From: Candidatus Latescibacterota bacterium
GTDB lineage: Bacteria > Latescibacterota > UBA2968 > GCA-2709665
Length of the DNA stretch: 64,000 nucleotides
NCBI GenBank assembly: GCA_965222075.1
Contig: OZ244937.1
Location: forward strand, 5,056,001-5,120,000
Reading direction: 5' to 3'
The notes beneath the pieces are model-generated. The model did no database searches. It was not told the origin of the DNA and worked only from the letters and a program-made list of their open reading frames with translations. The position numbers and the translations under genes are program-made. Within the stretch, counting starts at the first letter, position 1. The number at the start of each line of letters is the position of its first letter. Positions 10,030-18,517 of the stretch are shown here, piece by piece.

Positions 10030-10395
10030 AGCTGTTGCTTGGAAAATAGGCTTTGGGTCTCCGTCATCCGAAACCCCTCCACACCCTTCCCATGCCTTCG
10101 GCGAGGCCTTTTTCTTGCGCGCCCAAGAAAAAGGCCGAAAAAGAAGGGCGCCGCTCAAGCGCCGCGGGGGCTGCTTTTCCGCGAATAGCCCCTGGGGTGG
10201 AAACGGAAGCTTCTGCCCTGCGGACCTTTGGGGCGTTTCTGTGCGATGGTGCTGGACGGAACCGCGCGGAAAAGCCCCTTCCCCCCGCACCAGACCGGGG
10301 GAAGTCGCAGAAGCCGAGCCGACAGGCGACGGCTGATGCGGTGGGGGGATCGCAGAGGCGAGATGCGTGAACGGAAATTTTAAAACAGCTTCTAA
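10026..10395. mobile_element. Putative non-autonomous MITE-like structured element
   Basis: Imperfect terminal inverted repeats TTAGAGCTGTT / AACAGCTTCTAA; perfect 13-bp stem at 10105-10136; further internal helices; no credible ORF. Confidence 0.5.
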
Positions 10396-10407
10396 GGAGG
10401 TCCGACC

Positions 10408-11193
10408 ATGCAACGGAGTGCGGAAGAACACCGTCAGGAGTTCCGGGAACTCGGGTACACGGTGTTCAAGGGGGTTTTGACCCGGGAGGAGATTGCGTAC
10501 GGTTCGCGTTTGTTCGACGAGGTCATTACACTCGATACCAGCCCTCCGGTGGTTGTGCACGACAGCTCCAGCCGCCGGCAGCTGAGTGTGGAATATTGCG
10601 AACCCCGGTTGGCGCAATTCGGCGGAAGCCCGGGGGTTCTCAAAGTGGTGGGTATGATGATGGACAGGCCTTTCCGGCTGCTTTCCTCTCCGATTCCAAC
10701 CATCACGTTTCCCGGTAAGGCCGGCGGTTTGCGGGGTCGAGACTGGCAGGGACATGTGGACTGGTGGCGCGTGATTCCCCGGGAATTCTGGGAATCCTAT
10801 TTCAACTGCTTTCTGCACTTCACGACGGTCGAGCCGGGCGGCGGCGCATTCGCGGCTGTTCCCGGCAGCCATCATCTGGTCCGGAAAAATCTGTCCGACC
10901 CCGATATGGCCGAGCGCATGTTCCGCCAGGAGTTTCAGGACTTTCCGGGTCTGGGATCTGAAACAGAGGTTCTGGTCCAGGCGGGCGGTATGATCGTCTG
11001 GCATCCCTATCTGGTGCACGGACCCACTGACAACCAGCACTTAAGGGCTCGAAAAGTACTCGCCGTATATTTTATGCCGATTCTGGACGGAGCGGCCGAA
11101 CAGAGGGCAAGGGAGGGAATCCCCAGGGATTTCCACCAGGGCCATCTGGCTGCTATGGACCGGGACTTCAAGCAGCTCTGCGGACTGGCATAG
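10408..11193 (+). CDS. PhyH-family Fe(II)/2-oxoglutarate dioxygenase
   Basis: GHVD (HxD), GGAFAAVPGSH, LVHG distal His; RBS AAGGAGG. Confidence 0.85.
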   Translation: MQRSAEEHRQEFRELGYTVFKGVLTREEIAYGSRLFDEVITLDTSPPVVVHDSSSRRQLSVEYCEPRLAQFGGSPGVLKVVGMMMDRPFRLLSSPIPTITFPGKAGGLRGRDWQGHVDWWRVIPREFWESYFNCFLHFTTVEPGGGAFAAVPGSHHLVRKNLSDPDMAERMFRQEFQDFPGLGSETEVLVQAGGMIVWHPYLVHGPTDNQHLRARKVLAVYFMPILDGAAEQRAREGIPRDFHQGHLAAMDRDFKQLCGLA

Positions 11194-11199
11194 GGATGG

Positions 11200-13086
11200 A
11201 TGACCCAAAGGGGTTGTGACATGATACAGTGGATGGTTATCGGATGGTCGCTGGTGTTCGTGCTCACGGTTGCCCTGCCGTTAAAGGCATACGGCCAGGC
11301 GATCCCCAAGAAGCTGGTTAAGCTGGGGTGGGACTTAAGGCCTCCGAGCTATGTGGCGGAACATATTCGAGAGATGGAGAAACGGCCTTTCGACGGCATT
11401 TTGATCCGTCCGACCTTCGGCCATACGTTTTATATGGTGGACCTCACCGAAGCGGCCGCAGCCGCAGAGATCGAGGCGATGGGAAATATCGAGTGGGAGA
11501 AGTTCACTGACAACTTCATTTACTTCCACTGCGACGACAATGTGGACTGGTTCGACGATGCGCTCTGGGGCGAGGACAGTCCCTTTTTACGCAATATCGG
11601 CTGGTGCGCGAAAGCCGCGCGGGTGGGGCGCTGCGTGGGTCTCGCCTTCGATCCGGAGTTCGTGTACTGGGGGCGGCCGTATGGCGCCTGGAAGTATGAG
11701 TGGCAGAAGCACAGGGAGGAGAAGAGCTTCGCCGAGTACGAGCGGATCGTGCGGAAGCGGGGCGCGCAGTATATGGACCGGATCGAGGAGGAGTTTCCCG
11801 ATCCGGTGATTCTCACCCTCTTCTGGACTTCGATGCCTCGTTTCCAGGAGGCTGCAAAGGAGACCGATCCTGCCAAACGGGAAGCGATCCTCAAGGCGGA
11901 CTACTATGGCCTGCTGCCCGCTTTTATGAACGGGATGCTCGAGGCCGCCGATGCCGGGACCGTGATCGTGGACGGGGATGAGCACTCCTATTATTACAAC
12001 CGGGAGTTGCACTATTTCCAGACCTATCACAGCATCCACCAGACCGGGCAGGCGCTGATTCCGCAGGAGTTGCGCAGCAAGTACCGCCGGCAGGTTCAGT
12101 GCGGGCACGCGGTTTACCTGGACTATCTGTGCGGCACCATGGCCACCCATACCGAAGCGACCTACATCACGCCCGAGGAACGGGCGAGGTGGGTGGAGCA
12201 CAATGCCTACTGGGCGCTGATGAGCAGCGATCGGTACGTCTGGGTCTACGGCGAGCGCATGAACTGGTGGAATGGCTGGAACCTGCCGGACTATCTGGAA
12301 GGCGCCCTCCGGTCCGCAAAAGAGAAGGTCACGCAGGGCAGACCGCTGGGGTTCGATGTGGAGGAGATTGCCAGAAAGGGACAGCGCGGGAGGGCCGAGG
12401 CCGAGAACCGGCCGATCGAACCGAAGACGGCGAGGATTCCGCGTCTGCGCGGCTCCGCACCGGTTATCGACGGGGTTCTGGCTGACGAGGCGTGGAGAGA
12501 GGCCGGGTCTTCGGGGCCTTTTGTCAACTATGTCGCAGCACGGGTGAAGGAGCTGGAGACGGTTACGGAGGCGCACATGGCTTACGATGACAGGGCGCTC
12601 TACATTGCCTTCGGCTGTGAGGAATCCGAGATGGACAGGACCCACCCCGCGATGTTTACCGAGCTGGGCGGGAGGGCCGATCAGGTGGAGGTGGCCATCG
12701 CCGCTGATGAGGAGGCAACGGCCTACTACCATATCCGGCTGGATATTGCGAATGCGCGCTGGGACTCGCGGACCGAGACCGGACGGAAGGAACACGGCAG
12801 CGATATCGCCACCGGGAGGGAGATCTACGGGAAGGATTCCACGTGGAAAGGGGCCTATCAAACCGCTACGCAGAAGGGCAAGGATCACTGGTCGGCCGAG
12901 ATCGCCATTCCCTGGGCGACGCTGGGGATGTCGCCACCAAAATCCGGTGACCGGCTCAAGGGCAACCTGCACCGCTGGACCCACCGACGCCCCGCAACCG
13001 GCGTGACCGAGTTCAGCGTGTGGACGGAGACGCGCTACAACCGGGGCGTGGAGTTCGAGCACTTCGGGACGTGGGGGTTTGAATAG
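11200..13086 (+). CDS. Secreted protein: uncharacterised N-terminal barrel plus C-terminal CBM9-like domain
   Basis: Signal peptide (start may be 11221); PVIDG.L.D.AW, YDDRALYIAF, WSAEIAIPW motifs. Confidence 0.65.
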   Translation: MTQRGCDMIQWMVIGWSLVFVLTVALPLKAYGQAIPKKLVKLGWDLRPPSYVAEHIREMEKRPFDGILIRPTFGHTFYMVDLTEAAAAAEIEAMGNIEWEKFTDNFIYFHCDDNVDWFDDALWGEDSPFLRNIGWCAKAARVGRCVGLAFDPEFVYWGRPYGAWKYEWQKHREEKSFAEYERIVRKRGAQYMDRIEEEFPDPVILTLFWTSMPRFQEAAKETDPAKREAILKADYYGLLPAFMNGMLEAADAGTVIVDGDEHSYYYNRELHYFQTYHSIHQTGQALIPQELRSKYRRQVQCGHAVYLDYLCGTMATHTEATYITPEERARWVEHNAYWALMSSDRYVWVYGERMNWWNGWNLPDYLEGALRSAKEKVTQGRPLGFDVEEIARKGQRGRAEAENRPIEPKTARIPRLRGSAPVIDGVLADEAWREAGSSGPFVNYVAARVKELETVTEAHMAYDDRALYIAFGCEESEMDRTHPAMFTELGGRADQVEVAIAADEEATAYYHIRLDIANARWDSRTETGRKEHGSDIATGREIYGKDSTWKGAYQTATQKGKDHWSAEIAIPWATLGMSPPKSGDRLKGNLHRWTHRRPATGVTEFSVWTETRYNRGVEFEHFGTWGFE

Positions 13087-13095
13087 GAGGCGATT

Positions 13096-14037
13096 TTGGA
13101 GCAACCGAAGACCGGAAAGCCGGACACGACCTCGCAGACTCACATTCTGTTCTTAGACCTGCTCGAGGTTGAGGACACACACAACGTGGAGGTTGTTGTG
13201 AACCCGGCGGAAAAGTGTTCCGCCAACCCCGTGCTTCCTCTGGGTGACGTGGGCGAGTGGGATTTCCGTCGTGCTTCGAACTGGGGCGGGACTACGATTT
13301 TCGATGAAGACGAGAAGATCTTCAAGATGTGGTATATCGGACAGGGGGTTGAGAACGACGACTTCGGGCAGGGAGGCGATTTTGACGTGAGGAAGGAGGA
13401 CCCCCGGGTGCCCGAGCCCAAGACGGGCGCCTTTGTGGGGGACATCCGGCTGGCCGTAAACCGCGACGGGGTGGGAAAGTTTCGGAGGGTGAACATGCAC
13501 CAGCCGGTTGTGGCGCGTGGGGAGAAGGGGGCGTGGGACAGCGCGTCGCTGGTGACGTCCGCCCCTATCGTGCATGGGGATACGATTTACATTTTCTACA
13601 GCGCCGTGGACGAGTCGGGAGGCGCCTCCCCGAACGCCTGGCTGGAAAACATCCCCTGCCCGATCCGTACGGGCCTGGCCACACTGAGGCTGGACGGGTT
13701 TACCTGCTTGCAGAGCCGGGACCGGCTCACCCCCGCGACGGTGACCACGGTTCCGATCAGTGTAAAGGGTCCGAAAGAGGCGAAGCTTATTCTCAACGCT
13801 TCGGACTTTGTTCCCTACCGTGACTGGATCGAAGTGGAGGTCCTGGACGCCGGGACCGGCAGTCCGGTGGCAGGATACGGGAGGGAGGATTGCACGGATG
13901 TTGTTCGGGAAGGCATCCGCATTCCGGTGGCATGGGGTGAGAGGGATACCCTGGAGGGCGTTACGTCAGAGGAGATCCAGCTCCGGTTTACCCTGTACGG
14001 GAGGGTCAGGCTGTATTCATTCACCTTCACTTCATAA
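13096..14037 (+). CDS. Five-bladed beta-propeller glycosidase-like protein, apparently internally deleted
   Basis: NPVL..GEWD, FKMWY, GAWDS, GLATLRLDGF; lacks the YAES.DG..W.KP segment present in the homolog at 56064. Confidence 0.55.
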   Translation: MEQPKTGKPDTTSQTHILFLDLLEVEDTHNVEVVVNPAEKCSANPVLPLGDVGEWDFRRASNWGGTTIFDEDEKIFKMWYIGQGVENDDFGQGGDFDVRKEDPRVPEPKTGAFVGDIRLAVNRDGVGKFRRVNMHQPVVARGEKGAWDSASLVTSAPIVHGDTIYIFYSAVDESGGASPNAWLENIPCPIRTGLATLRLDGFTCLQSRDRLTPATVTTVPISVKGPKEAKLILNASDFVPYRDWIEVEVLDAGTGSPVAGYGREDCTDVVREGIRIPVAWGERDTLEGVTSEEIQLRFTLYGRVRLYSFTFTS

Positions 14038-14201
14038 CGGAGGACCTGGAAGTGGCGAAAGATATTCCAGATGCTGGACTCACATTGTTCCGGTAGAATG
14101 GGGTGAGAGGGATACCCTTGAGGGCGTTACGTCAGAGGAGATCCAGCTCCGGTTTACCCTGTACGGGAGGGTCAGGCTGTATTCATTCACCTTCACTTCA
14201 T
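13922..14201 (+). repeat. 114-bp direct repeat (13922-14035 and 14088-14201) of the upstream gene's 3' end
   Basis: 111/114 identical by manual alignment. Confidence 0.95.
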
Positions 14202-15113
14202 TCAGAGAGGGCGTCGTCTTAGGCGACGGCGGGATGATTATCGAGGCGAGACGGCGCGGCTATGATACCCCGCAGATCGTTGCGGAGCACCCGGATGCGC
14301 TGCGGCAGATCCACGCGGATTTCTTCCAGGCCGGATCGCAGGTGCTGCAGGCGCTTACCTGGTGGACCAGCGGCTTTCAACTGGAGTTCGGGTTCAGCTG
14401 GGGGGACCGGCTGGATGAGATCAACCGGACGGCTGTGGAATGCGCCAGAGAGGCGTCGGGGGGTGAGGCGCCGGTGGCGGGGTGTTTGATGTCTACGATG
14501 GCGCGTGTGCCGACCAGTGAAGGCGAGCTGATCAGTACGCCGATTTTCATTCCTGATGATCCATCCTCCCACGACAGGGCGAAGGCGGTGTTCGACGAGC
14601 ACATCGCCGCGCTGGTGGGTGCGGGGGTGGACCTGCTGATTCCGGAGACTTTTCCCTCGCTGGAGGAGGCCCGGCTGTGTCTGGCGTGCTGCAAGAAGAC
14701 GGACGTTCCCACCATGGTGCTCCTGGGCACCGGCAAGCATGGATGGGACAGACGACGGCGTTTCCCATTCTGAGGCCGCCCGCATACTGGTGGACGAGGG
14801 GGCCGACATCGTGGGGCTGGTGTGCAATGCCGATCCTCCGACGATGTGGCCGACAATCCTGGAGATCCGGCAGGCGGTAGACGCACCGATCGCCTTCCAG
14901 CCGAAGGGTTACCGCACCGGTCACAACTGGAGCAAGGTTGAAGAGGGCGCGGAGGTGCCCGGGTCGAAGATGGCCGAGTACGCGCTGAAGGCGAGGGAGG
15001 AAGGGATCAATCTCGTCGGGGCGTGTTGTGGGGCCGGGCCGTCGCACATCCGGGCGATGGCGAGGGCGCTTCGAGGGGAAGAGGTCGCGCCATGGTCGGA
15101 GGAAAAGGAATAG
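14052..15113 (+). pseudogene. Homocysteine S-methyltransferase-family pseudogene
   Basis: REGVVLGDGG, IHADFFQAGS, DLLIPETF and GACCG Zn motif are split over two frames by an (ATGG)2 duplication at 14739-14746. Probable start (GTG 14052, MAKDI) is cut off by the 114-bp repeat. Confidence 0.8.
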
Positions 15114-15138
15114 GAATGGGATGAAGGAGGCATGGAGG

Positions 15139-16230
15139 ATGGCGTCTAAACCGTCGAACGGAAGCCCGGAATACGAGTGGATGCAGGTGACTGAGAAAGC
15201 CGCCTTCGCCCCGAGGGACGGCGCGGGTGCGCTCGTGTTCGGCGGCAGGATGTGGCTGCTGGGGGGGTGGAATCGGGTTGACAAGACGAATTTCCCGCGC
15301 GTCTGCAACAACGAGGTGTGGAGTTCGCAAGACGGCGCCGACTGGACGCTTGAGAAGCCAGGCACGTTCGGGAATGCGTCTTTCGATCCTGCCACTGATT
15401 GGGAAGGCAGGCATTGCGCAGGATATGCTGTTTTCCAGGACAGGATGTGGATCGTGGGAGGCGACACGAATCAGGGCCACTATCACTACGATGTCTGGAA
15501 CTCCGTCGATGGGAAGACCTGGAACCATGTGAATCAGGGCCACAGGGTCCCCTGGGGGCCAAGAGCCTTATATTATACCTGTGTTTTCAGGGATAGAATC
15601 TGGGTGCTCGGCGGACAGACCATGCCGAGCTTTGCGCCTGCGGGAGACCGTTTCTACGACGATGTGTGGAATACTCAGGATGGGATAGACTGGGAACGGG
15701 TCGTGCCGAGACAACCGTACTGGCCGCAGCGCGGCCTGATCGGGGGGAGCGTTGTTTTCCAGGACAGGATGTGGGTGCTGGGCGGTGGCACGTATGACAC
15801 TCCCGGACAGCCTGAACGAAAGTATTACAACGATGTGTGGAGTTCGGCGGATGGGGTGAACTGGGAATGCCACCTTGAGAACGCGCCCTGGTCACGACGC
15901 CAGTTCCACGAAACAGCCGTGTTTGACGACAGGATGTGGGTGATGGAAGGCGCCCTCTCGCCGGACTCGAAGGATATCCCGGACGCTTCGGATGTGGTGT
16001 CAAGGCACCCTGATCAGGCCGGATGGATCAGCCTGCAGAATTCGAATGATGTCTGGTACTCGGCCGATGGCGTCAACTGGTCCGAACTTCCCAATACCCC
16101 GTGGGCGCCTCGCCATGCCGCCAGCGTGTTCGTCTACGACAATGCCCTGTGGATGGTTGCCGGGAATAACATGGACAGTGATGTCTGGAAATTGGTCCGT
16201 GCCCGCCAGGACGGGGATTCCACGCGATAA
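15139..16230 (+). CDS. Kelch-repeat beta-propeller protein
   Basis: Repeated VF.DRMWVLGG..YNDVWSS.DG..W units. Confidence 0.8.
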   Translation: MASKPSNGSPEYEWMQVTEKAAFAPRDGAGALVFGGRMWLLGGWNRVDKTNFPRVCNNEVWSSQDGADWTLEKPGTFGNASFDPATDWEGRHCAGYAVFQDRMWIVGGDTNQGHYHYDVWNSVDGKTWNHVNQGHRVPWGPRALYYTCVFRDRIWVLGGQTMPSFAPAGDRFYDDVWNTQDGIDWERVVPRQPYWPQRGLIGGSVVFQDRMWVLGGGTYDTPGQPERKYYNDVWSSADGVNWECHLENAPWSRRQFHETAVFDDRMWVMEGALSPDSKDIPDASDVVSRHPDQAGWISLQNSNDVWYSADGVNWSELPNTPWAPRHAASVFVYDNALWMVAGNNMDSDVWKLVRARQDGDSTR

Positions 16231-16258
16231 GAGGGTTGAGTTAGTAAGGAAGGGAGTG

Positions 16259-18274
16259 GTGGAGCAGCGAGACACTGTAACGTCGGATCTCACGGAGGCC
16301 GGGACGAAGACCGGGGAGGCGCAGGGGGTGACGCCCCGGGCCGTTGTCATCGGGATCTGTACTGCTGTGGTCGTGGGCTTTTTGGCAAGTACGCTTCGCT
16401 TCGTCCAAAAGGGCTCGGTTATGACCATCAGCTTTATGCCGATGGGAAACCTTCTCCTCTTCCTGCTCTTGCTCCTGGCCTTCGGCGTGCTGGTCCGGGG
16501 ATTCGGACGGCGGTTCGTACTTTCTTCATCGGAATGGATCACGATTTTTTCCATGGGACTCGTCAGCTGCCTGGGTCCCAATTATGGGATCGCCGGTTAC
16601 CTCCTGGGCTCGATTGTGACTCCCTACTACCTGGCGACGCCGGAGAATCGGTGGGCCGAGTTTCTCCACCCGCACCTTCCCGGCTGGTTGGTCCCCGGCA
16701 ACGAGGGTGGGGCGATCAGCCTGTTCTTCGAAGGGCTTCCGAGGGGGGCTTCGATCCCGTGGGAGGTCTGGGCGCTGCCCCTGTTCTGGTGGTTTCTCTT
16801 TATCGCTGCGCTTGCGTTTGCCTGTTTCTGTGTGGCGGTGATCTTCCGCAGGCAGTGGGCGGACCACGAGAAGCTGGTCTATCCGGCGCTGAAGCCGATT
16901 TTGACGATGGTGTCCCAGACAAGGGTGGGACAGGGCGTTCTTCCGCATTTTATGCGCGGCAGGGTTTTCTGGGCGGGATTCGGGTTTGTATCGGTCGTTT
17001 TCTGGTGGAATATGATCTCCTGGTTCTATCCGGGCGTGCCGAAATTCCCCATTATGACCGATCTCGTCGACTACTGGGACCTGCTTCCCAAGCACTATCC
17101 CCCGATCTTTTTCCATGTAAGTACGGTCGTTTTCTGCTTCTCCTACTTTGCCAGCCTCGATGTGCTTTTCAGCATGTGGTTTTTCGATCTGCTTTATATT
17201 GTCGAAGCGGGCCCCCTGAACCGTGTCGGACTCGTTTCGAATTCCCCCCACTACGGGGCTGGACCCTATGTGACGACGAGCTATAAGTGGCAGACGGCCG
17301 GGGCCTTTCTGGCGTGGGTTCTGTGGTGGCTGTGGACGGCGCGGGGTCACCTTCGGGAGGTTTTCCACAAGGCGCTGCGTCCGGATCGTTCTTCCCTGGA
17401 CGATCGCCGGGAGCTGATTTCCTACCGGGGAGCTGCGATCGGTCTGATCGTATGCTGCTTTTACATCGCGGCCTGGCTGTGGCAGATGGGGATCGAAGCC
17501 AGGGCGGTTGCCCTGCTGGTTCCCTCTATGTTTATTGTCTACCTCGGCGTGGCAAAGGTGGTGGCGGATTCCGGACTGATCTACCTCGAGCCCGCGGCTG
17601 TGGCCTGGAACTACTCCCTCTTCGCTCTGGGGGGAGCGCGCGCCCTGAATGCCACCACGCACGTGTCCAACAGCCTTCTGAAGTTTAGCGTGAATCACCC
17701 CCGGAGCTTTGCGATGCCGACCCTGGCGCACATCAGCCGCCTGGGGGATTCGGTCACCGGAAACAGACGGCGGCTTTTCTGGTGGGTTCTTACCGCGTTT
17801 ATCGTGGGAATGACCGTTTCCACGCTTTATACGATCTGGCTGGCGTACACCCTGGGTGCCCATAATTTCCGGCACAAATCGCTGATCTTTACATTGAATA
17901 ACCACCAGCTAAGTTTGAACGCAATCACAAATCCCAGATCCATTCTGGCGGCAGAATACTGGCTTTTTCTGGCCGGAGCGGCAGCGATGGTCGCCATGAA
18001 TCTGATGCGCTACCGGTTCTCCTGGTGGCGGCTTCATCCGCTTGGGTTCGCGCTTTCCGGTACGATCTGGTCGCGGCTGGAGAGCGGGACGTTTCTGGTC
18101 GCGTGGTTGGTCAAGCTTCTGATATTGAAAATCGGCGGGGTGTCGTTTTACCGCCGGTCGAGGCCTTTTATCATGGGCATGCTGATCGGATACGTCCTGG
18201 CGGTGCTTGCGGGGATGGTCGTGGACGGCATCTGGTTTCCCGATCAGGGGCACAGGGTGCATCACTGGTACTGA
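16259..18274 (+). CDS. OPT-like polytopic membrane protein (DUF6785/DUF6784-type putative transporter)
   Basis: Many TM helices; IFRRQW..HEKL.YP, ARGHLREV, WRLHPLGF, Y...RPF..G motifs; start GTG after AAGGAAGGGAG. Confidence 0.75.
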   Translation: MEQRDTVTSDLTEAGTKTGEAQGVTPRAVVIGICTAVVVGFLASTLRFVQKGSVMTISFMPMGNLLLFLLLLLAFGVLVRGFGRRFVLSSSEWITIFSMGLVSCLGPNYGIAGYLLGSIVTPYYLATPENRWAEFLHPHLPGWLVPGNEGGAISLFFEGLPRGASIPWEVWALPLFWWFLFIAALAFACFCVAVIFRRQWADHEKLVYPALKPILTMVSQTRVGQGVLPHFMRGRVFWAGFGFVSVVFWWNMISWFYPGVPKFPIMTDLVDYWDLLPKHYPPIFFHVSTVVFCFSYFASLDVLFSMWFFDLLYIVEAGPLNRVGLVSNSPHYGAGPYVTTSYKWQTAGAFLAWVLWWLWTARGHLREVFHKALRPDRSSLDDRRELISYRGAAIGLIVCCFYIAAWLWQMGIEARAVALLVPSMFIVYLGVAKVVADSGLIYLEPAAVAWNYSLFALGGARALNATTHVSNSLLKFSVNHPRSFAMPTLAHISRLGDSVTGNRRRLFWWVLTAFIVGMTVSTLYTIWLAYTLGAHNFRHKSLIFTLNNHQLSLNAITNPRSILAAEYWLFLAGAAAMVAMNLMRYRFSWWRLHPLGFALSGTIWSRLESGTFLVAWLVKLLILKIGGVSFYRRSRPFIMGMLIGYVLAVLAGMVVDGIWFPDQGHRVHHWY

Positions 18275-18497
18275 GGACCACACCAGCGCATACGACCTGG
18301 AATTGCTCGATCTGCTCCAGGCCATTGAAAACGATACCGAACCGGACAACAGCGGGGTAAACGGTCTGAAGAATTTGGCCCTTGGGCTGGCGATGTACCG
18401 GTCTCTGGAAACCGGCCGCCGCCTGGACTTCAAGGACGGGCTGCCCGTAGACGTTTCGATGGGCTACCAGTACCGGGGGCCATTCTACGTCCGGTAG
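18273..18497 (+). pseudogene. Orphan 3' fragment of a Gfo/Idh/MocA oxidoreductase
   Basis: YDLELLDLLQAIENDTEPDNSGVNGLKNLALGLAMYRSLETGRR matches the family C-terminal pattern; no start or RBS. Confidence 0.6.
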
Positions 18498-18517
18498 CCG
18501 GATGCCAGGAGGAAGAG

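Noticed and set aside
10001-10370. Small ORFs inside the structured element
   Set aside because: No RBS or coding-like features; the sequence is better explained by RNA/DNA structure.
13922-14201. DGR TR/VR pair or att sites
   Set aside because: Only three mismatches (two at A, one G/T), most adenines unchanged, and no RT or integrase nearby.
18272-18274. Stop readthrough or selenocysteine linking the transporter to the downstream fragment
   Set aside because: The fragment is in a different frame and paralogous transporters end at the same position.
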